NCBI GenBank assembly: GCA_001179505.1
Contig: CDMY01000246.1
Span: 86,265 to 150,264 of the forward strand
Length of the DNA: 64,000 bases
Direction of reading: 5' to 3'
DNA from: Vitrella brassicaformis CCMP3155
Lineage: Eukaryota > Protista > Chromerida
A program made the translations under genes and the position numbers. The notes beneath the pieces are model-generated. The model did no database searches and was not told where the DNA came from. It saw only the letters and a program-made list of their open reading frames with translations. Below, in pieces: positions 60,953 through 64,000 of the stretch (its first letter is position 1; the number at the start of each line of letters is the position of its first letter).

Positions 60953-63785
60953 TCACGGTTTCTTGGCGATAGAGAAGCCCGAGTTGAGGTAAGTCAACGA
61001 GAAGTCAAAGGTGATGGGAGAGGTGGGGGCCATGGCGAGGCTGAGGATCTCGTGCTGCGATCTGAAGCGCGTCCTGCTCTTGAGCCGAAGTGGCTTGTCC
61101 AAGACGATCACCTCAGTCCGCCGCCATCCCTGCGTGAGAAAGTTACATGCAGATTGTGTCTCCCTCCCCTGTTGTGTGGCTGGCTGACCTTCAGCTGGGT
61201 TGTCGAGCTCATCATAGCACACAGGTTGGTGTAGAAGGTATCGAAATCATCCTCCTCGTCCAGCCCATCTGCGCCGGAGAGACAGTCACGCAATGTGTGT
61301 CTCGAGCTCACACAACTCAAGCCTTACCGTGCACCGATATTTGCGCCCATTCGATAGATGGCATGGCCTTGTCCGTCCAGAAAAGGCCCTCAGGCTGCTC
61401 ATTGGCGAGGTCTCCGGCTGAGACGCGAGAATGCACATTCTTCAGCACCGGCGGCCGACCCATACGCACCGAAGTGGCATTCAGGTGCTTCAGGAAGTTG
61501 CGCTGGGCGTTCAGGTCCGAGTGGCCAACCAACTCCACAAACTTCAGCCGAGTCAGATGAGAGGCGATCTCCGCGGCTCTCTTGATCTTCTCCGATGACA
61601 TACCGCTCGACGACTTGAAGTGGAAGGTATTGGCGCACCGGAACGTTTCATCCGAGACACGTGTCACGGCAGCCGCCTCGGCACCCTCAGGGACGATCTC
61701 ATCTTCACCATCGTACTGCACGTCACCCGCACAACGAGCATACCTGAAAGACACGTGTCAGGTGCACCAGACACAGTTCGTGGAGAAGGGGAGGAAAGGT
61801 GTCGTGGAGGGCGGCGTACTCTTCAACGTATCTCTTGACCCATCGGGATTGGGTGCGGGCCCAGAAGAGCAGGTCCGCTGAGATGTGGACACCTCTCTCG
61901 CTGGACGACTGTAGGGACACAGCAAGGGGCTTGGAATACGTCTCCGGATGGCATGTGTCCTCCCTGATCAAACAAAGAAACACAAATGTTTCTCCGCCAA
62001 GACAACAGTTGCTGGCTTTTGTGTGTGTGTCTTTTTACCCTAAGGTTCCGATGGCCTCAGCGAGCTCCCGCGACTCGCTGTCATTCTCCAGATTGAGGCG
62101 CCCTTCCACACGAAGCTCCTTCAGACTGCGCCTCACGCCCCTCGCCACCAATGTCTCCCGCAGCCTGTCGATCTGTTGAGCAGTGGCGCTCATCATGTTG
62201 ATGAAGCTGAGGTGTCTGAGGTTGGCCAGGGGTTGGCCATCCGGCGGCACTGCAGACAGCATCTCGACCGAGAGCTCGCCTGTGCATCTCTCTTGATCTA
62301 TGCCCCCATAACCATCATCTTGGTACTCGAGCACCTCCAGAGATCGGCAGCCGTCTATCCATGAAGCACCTGCAGCAGGCTTCAGCTCCTCCACGTCCGA
62401 TGTGATGGTGAGAGCCCGCAGGTGAGGCGTCCGCCACTGGCGACCGACACGCACGGCAGCGCACTTGCTTGGCAGGCCGGTGACGGTCTTGAGTGCTGGG
62501 AGGATGGTAGGCGCCGAGAGGGCGGGGAGGGGGTAAGATGGGGAGACAAAGCGGGGGGGCCGAACGTTGGCGGCGAGACCGACGGCCTCAAAGGACAGCG
62601 CCTCCAGCGTGCCCTTGTCAGCCGACTCGTCGCCATCGTGATGCATCGACACGCCGTGGCTCGCCTTCTCTGCTCTCTCGTGGCTCCTCTTGTCTACGAT
62701 GGCTGCCCGGCCGATGGCGTGTCCCTCAACCAATGCCACCCAGGTCCCGCGACACCATTTAGGACGACGGGGTGGATAGCGGGTCTTGAGTGATGAGAGG
62801 TGGGTGGCCCGCTGCCCCCACTTGTGCGCTACACTCAGCGGCATCTTCTGCCACATCCGCCGCGACTGGCGGTCGCTGCTGTCGATGGTCAGGTGGGTGT
62901 ATTGCGCGGCTGCCTGGTTGAGGATGTGGCTGCCGATGGAGGGCCAGAGGGGCGTGAGGTCCCAGGGGTGCATGTGGCCAAACACGAGAGACAGCTCCTC
63001 TCGGGACAAACGAAAACGGGCCTGAAGGGACAGATGGATGAATGGGGCTGTAAAGGTCTTTGCTTTCTCGAGCTGACCGGTCCGTTTTTGATTGGTCGGC
63101 GCCCGCTCTCGTAGATCAAACGATATGACTGAACTACTGCCGGCTCGGCCTGAAGGTGTCGACACACATAAAATACAGCCGAATCTTAACGTCGTTCAGC
63201 CCTTCCCTTGCGTATTTCCCTCTCCTCCACACGCACCTGTGCTTCCAGCTCTTCGTCATCATCTGGCGCTGGTCGGCGCAGGCGTCGCTTGGGCCGCCTG
63301 GCCGTGGCTGCGAGGGCCTCAACAGCGCTTGACAGTCCCGGCTCGAAGAAGCCCAGCTGCGTCACTGTGTTATCTATGACGGTCGAGAGAGGGGCCAGCT
63401 GCATGTGGACCGCCAACGCTGATCGCGAAGATGCCTGGCGGGCAGAGTGAAGGAATGTGATAGATGGAGGCCATTGCTTGTTTGCATGCTGGTACCTCTG
63501 ACGTGAGGTGCTTTGCATTCAGCTCCTCAACTCTCATCAGCTGAGCACTGATCTGTTGCAAAGACGATACACACACCGTCGTCGACGCTTCTGTTGCTCA
63601 ACGCTTCTTGTCACAGTGCTTGGGGCTTTGTATGTACCTTTGTTTGTACGCTCTGCAAGGCCCGCAAGCGCTGCTCGATGCGACGCGCCTCCTCCTTCAC
63701 CTGTATCATCAGTCCGTCACGAATGCAGCCACGTACAGCCTCTATCTCAGCTTCTGCATCTTGGGCTCACCTTATTGAACTCCAT
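60953..63785 (-). CDS. F-box-like/LRR-like family copy 6 (most divergent, apparently intact)
   Basis: MEFNK|GTGAG first exon at 63785; QSYRLIYESG; ARFRLSREELSLVFGHMHPWDL...WCRGTWVALVEGHAIGR; extra intron at 61744-61819; final exon GWRRTEV...FSIAKKP* (60953). Confidence 0.72.
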
Positions 63786-64000
63786 GGTGGGCTACGATGC
63801 GATTTCTACCATAGAATGCTTATCGTCGATCCTGATCTTTCTGGCTCGGATCCAATTGATTTGGGAAACTTGCATTAACCGTAACACTCGTCTGTGTGTC
63901 CGTGATACTCATGAACATACAGTCCCATGAGCACGCAGAGTCAAACGCTCACGGGGAGGAGGGATCGATCCCCGCCCCATCAGCACACCCCAGTCCCGCA

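Noticed and set aside
1633-63785. Repeated family as a transposon, CRISPR array or viral repeat
   Set aside because: Copies are intron-containing protein genes. No transposase, RT, TIR/LTR or regular repeat-spacer structure was seen.
1-64000. Many long ORFs antisense to or overlapping real exons (e.g. 24595-25677+, 37758-39239-, 4886-6280-, 15829-16821-)
   Set aside because: They are shadows of GC-rich coding sequence or runs through HT/CV-coding microsatellite introns, with no domain signatures.
63927-64000. Open frame MSTQSQTLTGRRDRSPP at the window end
   Set aside because: Too short and truncated to support as a gene; mentioned only as a possible neighbour of copy 6.
1-64000. tRNA, rRNA or other structured ncRNA genes
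   Set aside because: None recognisable by eye; tRNAscan-SE and Infernal would be needed to exclude them.

Overview
Intron-rich, GC-rich eukaryotic nuclear DNA. The microsatellite-filled GT-AG introns, an alveolate-type membrane PDE and a bipartite plastid-targeted gene point to the chromerid Vitrella brassicaformis or a relative (inference). Gene models were spliced by eye, so exon boundaries are approximate. The window holds six dispersed copies of an F-box-like/LRR-like paralog family (three disrupted) among about ten other genes: a divergent CDK-like kinase, a BTB-BTB-TLDc protein, an FGGY (xylulokinase-like) kinase, a Regnase-type NYN RNase fused to MIF4G, a U-box protein, a 12.3-kb RNA-dependent RNA polymerase (DLDGD type), an EYA phosphatase, a plastid-targeted HPF/PSRP1-cupin fusion, a membrane class I PDE and a RAD6/UBC2-type E2. 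The most striking features are four. (1) The RdRP carries an inserted triple-WG Argonaute-hook-like segment, an FN3-like plus RRM-like insertion inside its conserved C-terminal region, and a ~700-aa Arg/Asp-rich tail. (2) The NYN-MIF4G fusion. (3) The HPF-cupin fusion. (4) Many introns show 5'-(CA)n...(TG)n-3' self-complementarity. Two 300-N assembly gaps are present.
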